From the IMG/VR virus record IMGVR_UViG_3300044982_000128, positions 1 to 64,000 of that record: 64,000 bases of DNA; one strand, written 5' to 3'. Below, in pieces: positions 39,796 through 48,733 of the stretch; the first letter of the stretch is position 1; each line of letters starts with the position of its first letter. This DNA is from a virus. A model generated the notes under the pieces. It was not told where the DNA came from. It worked only from the letters and a program-made list of their open reading frames with translations, and did not search any database. The position numbers and the translations under genes are program-made.

Positions 39796-40575
39796 TCATC
39801 GGGATTCCTCTTTCAATTGCGAACAGGAACGAGACAACCACAATACTGCAGCCGTAAACGGGACGGCCAGAATCAAATCGAACAGGTAGTGTTGTCCGCT
39901 GCCAAGTGTCGCGAGCACCGTCAGGATGGCGAATGCTACGCCGGCAATGGCGCCTGGGGTCCAGCGCCTCAGAAACCATAAACAGACCAGCGCGGAACTC
40001 ATGTGCTCGCTTGGTACTCCGTTCGGCGGCGCATGCAGGATTATAGGGTGCGCGGCGTGCGCGGCCGTGATCGGCGGCAGAATGTGTGGCAGAATGGGGA
40101 ACGTGGGGAAGGCGTACACCGGGCCGCAGACCGGCAGGATGAGGTAAAAGACGACGCCGGCCGAATAGAGCAGCACGAACGTCCTGGCCACGGCGAGTGC
40201 TTCTCGTTCTCCCTGGCGGATCAAACAGATTGCAAAAGCCAGAAACATTGCAATCGGCATCAGACCATAAGCGACGGAGAGCGTGTCTTTGACCCACGAG
40301 TGCGCAAACACAACCTGCCCCAAGCGAAAACTCGGCTCCCCGAAGAAGGAGTCGAACCGATAAATGTAGAGGTCATATTTGAAAGGCCGCAACGGGCTCA
40401 TAGCGTTCGCAATCAGTTGTGCGGCCATGCCGGCGGGAACGACCAGCAGAACAGCGCAAAGCAGCCATTCGGTACGCCTGCGGCCAGTTGATGGGGAGGA
40501 GAACCAGCAGAAAGCCAGAGCGGGAACGATTATAGCCAAAGCGGCAATACTCGGAAACGCAAGGAGGAAGTTCAT
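39796..40575 (-). CDS. PAP2_3 / Aur1-like membrane phosphotransferase
   Basis: About six TM helices; YLILPVCGP, NGVPSEH and GQHYLFDL match the PAP2/Aur1 catalytic motifs. Confidence 0.8.
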   Translation of the reverse strand: MNFLLAFPSIAALAIIVPALAFCWFSSPSTGRRRTEWLLCAVLLVVPAGMAAQLIANAMSPLRPFKYDLYIYRFDSFFGEPSFRLGQVVFAHSWVKDTLSVAYGLMPIAMFLAFAICLIRQGEREALAVARTFVLLYSAGVVFYLILPVCGPVYAFPTFPILPHILPPITAAHAAHPIILHAPPNGVPSEHMSSALVCLWFLRRWTPGAIAGVAFAILTVLATLGSGQHYLFDLILAVPFTAAVLWLSRSCSQLKEESR

Positions 40576-40889
40576 CGTGTGTTTCCTTTGATCGTGTCGA
40601 ACATCCGCTGACGATCCTCCGCGGGGAGAACGACGATGGTGACGAGCGCACCAAAAAGGAGAGCGAAGAAGACAGCGACCACAAAAGCGCGAATGACATG
40701 CATGGGTGCGTCTTTCATCGTTGCGGTCTCCCGTTCCCGTTGAAATTGCTGCGTCGAATACTCGCCAGCACACAAAGAGCGCAAGCAGCGAAACCAGCCA
40801 GGAACCCGAAAGCGACGCATTGAATGAGGGTGTTTGTCATGTTGAAATAACCTTACAACAGAATGCTGTGTGTTGTCAATAGTAAAGTT

Positions 40890-41243
40890 TCAAGAAAATA
40901 TGTCGGGAGCTGGATCGCTGGTAGTTGTGTTGTTGGTGGAAGGATACACCTTGCCGGCGCCTATGTAGGAGTCTTGTTTCTTCGGAGCTGGCAGGGGTTT
41001 GGGGGGAAGTTTTCCTGTGACCGTGACCTTGAGCCATGGGCCTTCCTCGATGGTTTGGACACGGAAGCCGGCTTTCTTTGCCTCAGCGTGGATCGTCTTC
41101 GGAGAGAATTTCGCTTTGGGGGTACGGAAGATGCCGCCGACTCCCATCAATTTGAAATTCGATTTGAAAAACTCGGTGGGCCGGTTGCTGCCCCTGATGG
41201 GATCGACGCGATCGTCATCCCAGTCCGTGTTTCGTCTCGCCAT
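40890..41243 (-). CDS. small basic protein, paralog 3 of a tandem trio (ends PDIFS)
   Basis: GGAGG RBS; F..M..G.....A......vrV core shared with its neighbours. Confidence 0.7.
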   Translation of the reverse strand: MARRNTDWDDDRVDPIRGSNRPTEFFKSNFKLMGVGGIFRTPKAKFSPKTIHAEAKKAGFRVQTIEEGPWLKVTVTGKLPPKPLPAPKKQDSYIGAGKVYPSTNNTTTSDPAPDIFS

Positions 41244-41254
41244 GGCGTCCTCCC

Positions 41255-41665
41255 TTAACTGAAGATGTCCGGTGTGTTGTTGGGCTGCGGGTTCCGTCGC
41301 TTCTTCGGCGCCGATGGATCCGGCGGGTAGTGCCGAGTCTTGAAGTACCGGACATGGCCTGGGACGATCTCAGACATCACGCGCTCCCTCTGCGGGCCGA
41401 GAGATGTGACCCGGACCGTATCGAGCGCCGGATGCTCCTCGATCTTTATCCTGACCCTCGCGTTATCGGCCGCACCTTGTATCCTGTTCCGGTCCGCTTT
41501 CACTGTCATGCGAACCAGGAGGTCCTGCCCCTTCGCCATTCCAATGAACGTCTTCAGCAGGTTCGCCCGGGTGTTCTTGAAGCGCACGACGTGAGTGTAC
41601 GGCCGGGAGTAGGGAACAACGACCAAAGGCCGGCGGAGCGCGGTCTTGAATTTGCCTTTGGTCAC
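41255..41665 (-). CDS. small basic protein, paralog 2 of a tandem trio (ends PDIFS)
   Basis: GTGA overlap; shared core and tail. Confidence 0.65.
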   Translation of the reverse strand: MTKGKFKTALRRPLVVVPYSRPYTHVVRFKNTRANLLKTFIGMAKGQDLLVRMTVKADRNRIQGAADNARVRIKIEEHPALDTVRVTSLGPQRERVMSEIVPGHVRYFKTRHYPPDPSAPKKRRNPQPNNTPDIFS

Positions 41666-42024
41666 TTCAGAGGCTCCCCGAAGATGTCGAGACCGCCGTT
41701 GAAAATGGTTTTCGACGTGGCTGGTTTGGACTCTCTGGCTACCGCGGCTTTTATCGCGGCTACTCGGGGATCGTCCTCGGCAGCAGAACGGCGTGAGCGC
41801 TGTGCGACGGGCTCCGGGCCGTCAACCCGCCACACGCGAAGAGTGCCCTGGTCTGTGGCGCGAATTGTAATTTTCACGTTGGCCAAGCGGGCGGATGCGT
41901 ATGCGCCGGGTCTTTTATCCTGGGGGATCTCAACGCTTTCCCCCCTGCGCATGCCGCGCAAAACGTTCGTAAAGCCCCGCAGTCTCGCATCCGGAATAGG
42001 AATGTCTCTTTGAACTTCGTACAT
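41662..42024 (-). CDS. small basic putative DNA-binding protein, paralog 1 (DIFG near the end)
   Basis: GAGGTG RBS; YEVQRDIPIP...LRGMRRGESVEIP...LRVWRV pattern common in phage proteins. Confidence 0.7.
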   Translation of the reverse strand: MYEVQRDIPIPDARLRGFTNVLRGMRRGESVEIPQDKRPGAYASARLANVKITIRATDQGTLRVWRVDGPEPVAQRSRRSAAEDDPRVAAIKAAVARESKPATSKTIFNGGLDIFGEPLK

Positions 42025-43333
42025 CTGTCACCTCGTGTGTATAAATAGCATACACGCCTTGCTGTGATTTGAGCGTATTTGTCGGCGAGAAAGTCAAATA
42101 TTTTTTGTCCGAGTGTTGGCAAACGGCGCAGAAGTATCGACTGTATGTTGTATTTTTTACGTAACAAAACGGTCTTATGCAGGTCTATTTAATGCTTTAA
42201 GGACACTTGCTTGCAGTCTTATCTAAGCTTGGATACCGTATGCTTACGAACTCGATTACGTATAACATTGGCTTAAACTCGTTCGCTTTTATGTCGCACG
42301 TATGTCGTGAAAACCAGCGTCTGCTAAGTCAGACCTAGAAGCCGGAAGCGCGCATAGGCGAAATAAGGATAATGCAACCAAGCACATTCCAAGTAAATGC
42401 GAACCGACGTACCGGGGCCGGATTGTACACGTAAATTTTCATGGATATTAAAACACACAAACATACAAAACAACAAAAAATCCTCTTATTATTTTAATTG
42501 AATTGAATCTTCTCTTAGAATAAGTAAAGAGTATAGTAAAAGCTTTGTTTTCAATGCTGATTTTTTCTACGTGAAGATTGCACTTTCCACGTAGCAGTCG
42601 GAATCGACGATTTGAAAGCCTGCCGTTGGGCCTCAATTTCGCCTTTGTCTGTTGATTTTAAACGTACTTACCCTAAAGCCAGGGCCAGTATCCCCAGGAT
42701 CAGCGCGAGGAGAGACCAGCCGAGGGCTCGAAGGAGGTGAGGGAGATGGGTCACAGTTCACCCGTCTTCAGGTAATCGGCGTACCAGCCGCGGACTATGG
42801 ATGCCCATTCGGATCGATCGCCGTGAGGGCCTTGAAACACTTCTCGACCGCGTTTGAATTCGCGAATCTTCTTGATGGCCATCTTTCGGACTTCGCCTTC
42901 CCAGATGAATTGGGACAGGCGGATGACTTCCTGCCACTCGCAATGGAAGGTGAACTCTTCGAGGGATAGAGGTTGGGCTCCGCTCAGGTTTTCCATCAGT
43001 GCACTCCCACAGGCATCTCGTTGCATTCGATCGTCGCCTTTACGATCCGGTCACCGTCGTGTGTGAAGTTGACTTCGACGTTTGGCCGGCCGTTGGTCAC
43101 AACGCAGGGTGGAATCTGGATTTCTTCTTTCCATTCGCCCGCGGCTAGTTGTGGCTCCGTGACGAAAGGCTTCTCTGCCGTGCTTTGGTGCCTTTCTGTG
43201 CTCGTTACAGCCGTTGTGACGAATAATCCCACTATTCCGATGACCAGGCCTGCCTGCAGGGCCACGCCGCTCCATTTCTCTCGTTGGGTCCAGTTCATTT
43301 TGCGCCCCCGTGGGAACACTCGAGCACCAAAGG

Positions 43334-43443
43334 GTAAGACTTACAAGGCCACTTCTCGCGCGAGTAGGGCGCTAACACGTCACTGCCAATATTTCAGACA
43401 GTCCATTGCATAGTCCTTTCCCAAGTGGCCTTGTAAATCTTAC
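43334..43443. repeat. 21-bp inverted repeat with one mismatch
   Basis: GTAAGACTTACAAGGCCACTT (43334-43354) vs AAGTGGCCTTGTAAATCTTAC (43423-43443). Confidence 0.85.
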
Positions 43444-43451
43444 TGTTTAAA

Positions 43452-43517
43452 TCTTCTTACAATTCCATTTTCTTGTCAATACTCTATTTTGACAAAAGTC
43501 CACTTTTCCACTATCTT
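43452..43517. promoter_or_regulatory. back-to-back sigma70-type promoters
   Basis: TTGACA-N17-TATCTT on + (43489-43517); TTGACA on - near 43474-43479 with a weak -10. Confidence 0.6.
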
Positions 43518-43524
43518 TCCCACA

Positions 43525-43920
43525 ATGCCCGCATCCGTTCATCCGACTCGCAAACCGGCAAGCGCTAAAGCACAAGCGCGTATCGGCGTGTTGCGAGCTA
43601 GTAAAAAGGATCCTGTTGAGCTGACTTGGGAGCAACAAAAGGTTGCTGACCAGTGGTACTGGAAGTTTTGCCAGCGCTGGGGGAATGACTTGCCAGTGTG
43701 GCGCTGTGCGATTCTTAAGGGAGTAGCTCGGAGATTGGCTGTAAAGCCTGTACCGGTCGGGTTTGGTCGGTCCCTGCTTAATCATCGGGGTGCGAACGCT
43801 CTCGCTCGCCGATGCCGTGCACAAGGCGTACAGCATCCCCGTATCGTTGCAATGCGCCGCGGGCAGGAATGGAAACGGGCAGGACGGTCTAAATTACCCA
43901 CCTGCCAGCTTCCGGTCTAG
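43525..43920 (+). CDS. very basic hypothetical protein
   Basis: ATG 7 nt after the -10 box; Arg/Lys-rich; sole rightward gene in a leftward block. Confidence 0.55.
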   Translation: MPASVHPTRKPASAKAQARIGVLRASKKDPVELTWEQQKVADQWYWKFCQRWGNDLPVWRCAILKGVARRLAVKPVPVGFGRSLLNHRGANALARRCRAQGVQHPRIVAMRRGQEWKRAGRSKLPTCQLPV

Positions 43921-44261
43921 TGCTCTTTACTCGCCACGGTCTGAACACTTCCCGTCCGTCTACCTTTTCATACTCATCGGATGCATAACCGTTGCGTTTC
44001 ATCCACGGGTAAAGTTCCGCAAGGCTAGGAAAAGCTGGCGAAATTGAACGCTCTTTTCCGTTTTCATATTGACTGAGAAACGTTGCGGTATCGCCTGTTT
44101 CAGGTACGGTGCACTGGACCTTAATGTAAAATTCGCCATTTTGCTTCATTGGGTCATCTCTCTTTCGCTTCGGTTAAACCTGCGTAAACGAGTCCATGTT
44201 TTATTCTCATTTCGATAGTTCGATAACCATCGAAATGATAATGTGTCTTAAATCTTTCAAA

Positions 44262-44657
44262 CTACGCGACTTGCTCTCGATTCAGTTCCAAGCGCTGCAG
44301 TTCGACCGCGTGAAAGTACAGTGTCTGAAACTTGCCAGTGACCGATTGCGAGTCGAAGGAATGGCCCTCGTACGCGCGTGCGACGTCTGCTAGGTAAAAG
44401 CATTTGACCGTCTTGTTGCCATTCGTCCGGCTATCGAATGTTTCCATGATGACCGCATCACGCATGCGCGGAGAGAACGCCAGTTGCCAGACCCATGAGT
44501 CGCCCTCGTGATAGACGGATCCGACTCGGGTCAACTCTCCCCACTTGCCGGGCCCGCGTGCGATTGCAGTCAGAATGAAATGGTAGGCGAGCCGCTCACG
44601 TTCCGCTTGATTTTTGACGTCGACTACAGCTTGGTGTGCCGCAGAAAGCTTTCGCAT
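44262..44657 (-). CDS. hypothetical protein
   Basis: GGAGG RBS; part of a leftward early-like cluster 43889-45463. Confidence 0.55.
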   Translation of the reverse strand: MRKLSAAHQAVVDVKNQAERERLAYHFILTAIARGPGKWGELTRVGSVYHEGDSWVWQLAFSPRMRDAVIMETFDSRTNGNKTVKCFYLADVARAYEGHSFDSQSVTGKFQTLYFHAVELQRLELNREQVA

Positions 44658-45850
44658 AATATCCTCCGCTCTCCGACTTTCTCATCCTAGGCTTGAGACT
44701 AGGCAACGGTGCGTTACGGCCGTACAGCCAATTCAGGGATTGAATAGCGGCGAATAGTTCCGCGCGCGTCAATCGGCCGTGTTCCGGCGAGAGACCGTTA
44801 GCTACATGGTTCATCGGATTCCGCGCGTTTTCCAGCTCCGCCCACTTGCGCGCGGTCGCTCGAGACGGGGTAATCTCGGAGCTGGTGTTTATGCCCCATT
44901 GCGTTACGCCTTGATAGCTTCCCTTGCGAACTACCTTTGAGAGTGTCATAGCAGACTCCGAATGAAATTACATGCGTCTTGACCGTATTTGCGTACGATC
45001 GCCTCTGCTGTGCTTTCGTTTTCGTTTGGTTTGATGAATTCATCAAACTTGATTACGTCGAGTTTTAGCAAGCCTTCCCAGTAGTCTTCAAGTTTTACAC
45101 CGAATACGCTGCGGAAACGTTCGGCGTCTTCAGTGCGGGGTGGAGAGGATTTGATCATGCGCTCGGTTAAGAATCGTTGTGCGATTGGTAGACGTTCGGC
45201 TGCTGTGCGGGGTAGTTTGTAAGTCATGACATCACCGTCTCAGCAGCACATTTCACGGCATCGATCAGACTTGGGCGCGGTTTGCTCAGGTCAACGTGAG
45301 AGAAGGACCCATCTAATCCGCCCTTCCATTCTGTAGGCTCACTGATTACCTTGAACCAATTACGTCCTGCTTTCGGGTTCCATACTTTGCGAACTACCGC
45401 CTTTGGGTACTTCGCTCTTACGATACTTATAGCTTCGGAATGAGTCATCGGCTCACCTCGCATTCATAACCCTATTACAGTTCCTCTCTCTTGTCAATAG
45501 GCCCTTACAATCTTTTTTGACTCGCCTTGTCTATCTGGCGTACACCCATAGCGAACGTGAGCCAGATCGGGCAATCGCGTCCAACTAAAGCGGGATTCCT
45601 TCACCTTGACACGGATGGGGGAGTTCCTAAGAATCTAGATGGACAATCGGACGCGCACCAGCTCGCCGGCGCCAGTGTCGACGTCCGAATACCCCCTATG
45701 GAGTCCCCACTCTGGAAAGTCGAGCCCCCTCTCGCCGGCCGGATACGGGGCTCTCTTCTCCTTCTAAGAGGGCATACAAAATATTCAAAATTTTCTAGGT
45801 TGCAAACAAACCAAGTTGTGTTACGGTGGTTCTCGGAAAGGAAAACAACA

Positions 45851-46411
45851 ATGAGGATCACTATCACTGAAGCCTTGCAGGAAATCAAGACTCTGGTCGC
45901 CCGCATCCAGAAAAAGCGGGAGTCGGTCAAACCATATCTATTGAGAGATAGCCGTATTAAAGATCCTTTCGATAAGGACGGTGGCGTGGAAAAGTTCATT
46001 CGTGAGGAGAGGCAGTCTATCGGCGATCTGGAGGCCCGGATCATTACTATTCGGACTCAGATTCAAACATCAAATCTCGCCTCGGCTTTAGCTATTGGGG
46101 AAACGACTCGCTCGGTTGCTGAGTGGCTCACCTGGCGCCGGGAAATCTCCAAAGGTCAGAAGGAGTTTCTGCAGGTGATCTGGCAGTCTATCCAGGCCAC
46201 CCGGCAGCAGGTTCAGCAGAAGGGAGGCCGGGTGGTGGCAAACGTGGCCGTGTCCACATCTGTCGCTTACACCCAGGACACTCCTCCGGAGGTCTTAGTG
46301 GGAGTTGACGAACAGGGTTTACTCAAGGAGATCGAGGCGATGGAAGAGACTCTTGGCGTGCTTGACGGTCGTTTGAGTCTCTTCAACGCAACTACCACAA
46401 TCGAAATTTAA
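45851..46411 (+). CDS. DIP1984/septicolysin-like coiled-coil protein
   Basis: AAGGA RBS before ATG 45851; ITEAL..IKTL..RI N-terminal helix, IQTSN mid motif, SVAEWL, C-terminal LDGRLSLFNATTTIEI. Confidence 0.65.
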   Translation: MRITITEALQEIKTLVARIQKKRESVKPYLLRDSRIKDPFDKDGGVEKFIREERQSIGDLEARIITIRTQIQTSNLASALAIGETTRSVAEWLTWRREISKGQKEFLQVIWQSIQATRQQVQQKGGRVVANVAVSTSVAYTQDTPPEVLVGVDEQGLLKEIEAMEETLGVLDGRLSLFNATTTIEI

Positions 46412-46417
46412 TCGGTA

Positions 46418-46716
46418 TTCCGCTTTCGGTAGCGAAATGGGATAACAATGAGGATTTGTCAAACTAGCTCAATTGGTAGAGCGGTCGATTTTCAATCGAC
46501 AGGTAACAGGTTCGATTCCTGTGCTTGACTGTCTCGCTAGAGACTTTGATGAAGAAGCTGAAAGTTAAATTCTGAAAGCTGCTTTGCTCAAGTCTGAACA
46601 CTGAAAGAGAACAAGATGCTCAAAACCCTTCGTAAACCCGGCGGCGCTGGAGACAGAGCCGATGTCCTTCCTCAAAGGGGCATTCTCAGGGTGAAGGCAG
46701 CAACTTGGAAGCGGAA
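46418..46716 (+). ncRNA. ~300-nt structured ncRNA with embedded tRNA-like domain
   Basis: Terminal helix TTCCGCTTTC (46418-46427) / GGAAGCGGAA (46707-46716); several internal hairpins; no credible + strand ORF. Confidence 0.7.
46458..46530 (+). tRNA. tRNA-like element, anticodon TTC (Glu), no encoded CCA
   Basis: Cloverleaf: GTCAAAC/GCTTGAC acceptor (one mismatch), GCTC/GAGC D-stem, GTCGA-TTTTCAA-TCGAC, ACAGG-TTCGATT-CCTGT. Confidence 0.8.
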
Positions 46717-47526
46717 ATGATTGAATCGGAAGGAAGGCTGTTCTCGCGTGGAAACCAAAACTAAAAAATGGAAGTTCGCAGGCAGCCTGCCTCCGGTTCT
46801 CATCATGAGCACCGGTCACTATCCGCTGGCCGGCGGGGCCGAACCGGGATTCGACATCTCAAAAATGCAGCTGGACGATCGCATTCTGATGAAGCAGGTT
46901 TTCTACACTACGCCAAAGCGGATTCACGGCTTGCTCCATTATGAAAGCCCGACCCAACTCTTTTTTGTCGGCTACGATTGTGTCTTGTGCGGCGAGGTTT
47001 TCCTGGTGCCGGATTCTGTCAACAACATACGATCTTTAACAGATGCGATGGAGCACGGATGCACGGCGTCGCCCGCCGACAGCATTGCCTACTACAAGCA
47101 CACGGAGCCCAAGCCGTGACCCTCAAGATCTTCCACAAACTCGTCTGCCTCATAAAAGGCCACTCGAAGACCCAAGAGCCCATGGTCTTCTTCCGTTCCT
47201 GGGATTCCCTTCACGAGATCGGTTCTCTCCACTGCAGGCGCTGCGGTGCGATGCTTGGTGAGTACCGAAGGAACATATCGGAGCCAATATGACCCCAGAA
47301 ACTCTGCACGCCCCACACGGAGCCCAGACTTACACCTGCCCCAAGTGCCACCAAACTTTCGCCGCGCTTTTTCTTTTCAACCGCCACGCCAGAGAAGTGC
47401 ACGGAGATCGTAAGATATGACCCGCCTTTTTCATTTCGTCTGCTGGATCCGCACCGGCCATGAGTGGGTCGGAAACTTCGATCATATGTTCTGTTTCTGG
47501 TGTGGCAGACCGAGAAAGGCCTCTCG

Positions 47527-47901
47527 ATGAGCAAGATTGTGATTCCTGGGGGAATGCGGGAAGCAGTCAACAAGGATGTTCAGCAAGCACCTTGGCTGGA
47601 TGATGGATTCCTTTTGTCGGTGCTCGAAGCTGCGCTGCGTTGGTTGAGCGAGAATCCTGTTGTGCCAAATCGCATACAGATGCAGGACGTTGAGGCTGCG
47701 GCTCATCACGAGCCCTTACACACAACGAAATGGTTGAGCGATATTTTGGTGGAATGGCAGCGTCGCATGTTCCTCGCTCCTGAGCCGAAGATACCTGAGG
47801 GGATCCAGGATTTGCTTTACGATCCCAAGGACGGCCCTACAAAAATGGGTCGCAACGATGCTATTCTTGAGGCCTTCTTCCGGGGAAAGGCCTCTCGATG
47901 A
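47527..47901 (+). CDS. hypothetical protein
   Basis: ATG in frame with track ORF 47464..47901; ATGA overlap downstream. Confidence 0.5.
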   Translation: MSKIVIPGGMREAVNKDVQQAPWLDDGFLLSVLEAALRWLSENPVVPNRIQMQDVEAAAHHEPLHTTKWLSDILVEWQRRMFLAPEPKIPEGIQDLLYDPKDGPTKMGRNDAILEAFFRGKASR

Positions 47902-48190
47902 GCACGAAGCGCCGCGGCAACCCCAACTGGGGCCGGTCTGTCGATCAGATGCCCATCATGCCCGTTTCACCTTCCGGCTGGGACATGCTTCTCTACCGGC
48001 TTAACCTGAGTCCGGACAAGGCGCTCAGTAATCCGCAGGTCAGGGATTATATCCTCAAGCACCATCGCAATCGATTCGTCCCCGAGAAGGTTCTCGAACA
48101 TTTTTCGCTTGATACCCGCTTCTTCGATTGATCAAATCAACTCACCCGTCTTTCACGAATTCAGTGTACGATTCTCAGTGGAGTCCAAAC

Positions 48191-48733
48191 ATGGCTCATG
48201 ATCGTTACCTTCTCGAACTGCTCGACACCTGCCTCAAGACGATCGAGCGCCAGACCAGGCGCCTGGACCACGAGGCTCAGGAAGATCGTGAGACCCTCCG
48301 CCTGATTCAGCACGAGCTACACACCATCGCAGAAGAGCTTCAGTCCCCTCCCACTCTGCCTCCCCCGCCGCCCTCAAACCTCGCAACCAGCATCAGTTTC
48401 AAGGAGACCTCTATGCTTCCGACCACAGGTGGCAACACCCTTGTCTACACCGGCACTCTGGCCCCCGCGGGTTCAGTATTTGCGCCGGACGCAACCTTCA
48501 CTGTTTCAAGCAACGATCCGGCTGTCCTGCCCACCGTGGACGCGACCGGCTTGATCGTCACCGTTCCGCTGCCTACCGGCTGGGTGGAGTCGACGACCAC
48601 TCCTCTGGCCATCGCCTACACATCCGCGAGTATTAGTACTGGCCAGACGTTGACTGCGACGATTACACCGAGCGCGCCGCCTCCGCCTCCCCCGGTCTTG
48701 GCAACAAGCATCGGTTTCACACAAACGACCTAG
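48191..48733 (+). CDS. coiled-coil plus Ig-like protein with possible nested start at 48413
   Basis: GGAG RBS at 48180; internal AAGGAG-N6-ATG; repeated PPPP..LATSI.F motif. Confidence 0.6.
   Translation: MAHDRYLLELLDTCLKTIERQTRRLDHEAQEDRETLRLIQHELHTIAEELQSPPTLPPPPPSNLATSISFKETSMLPTTGGNTLVYTGTLAPAGSVFAPDATFTVSSNDPAVLPTVDATGLIVTVPLPTGWVESTTTPLAIAYTSASISTGQTLTATITPSAPPPPPPVLATSIGFTQTT

Noticed and set aside
45527-45850. N-terminal 108-aa extension of track ORF 45527..46411
   Set aside because: TTG start without RBS across a promoter region; RBS and family pattern point to ATG 45851
46482-46500. Opal (UCA) suppressor reading of the tRNA-like anticodon loop that would explain the in-frame UGA at 18108
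   Set aside because: In the canonical 7-nt loop TTTTCAA the anticodon is TTC; TCA is one base out of register
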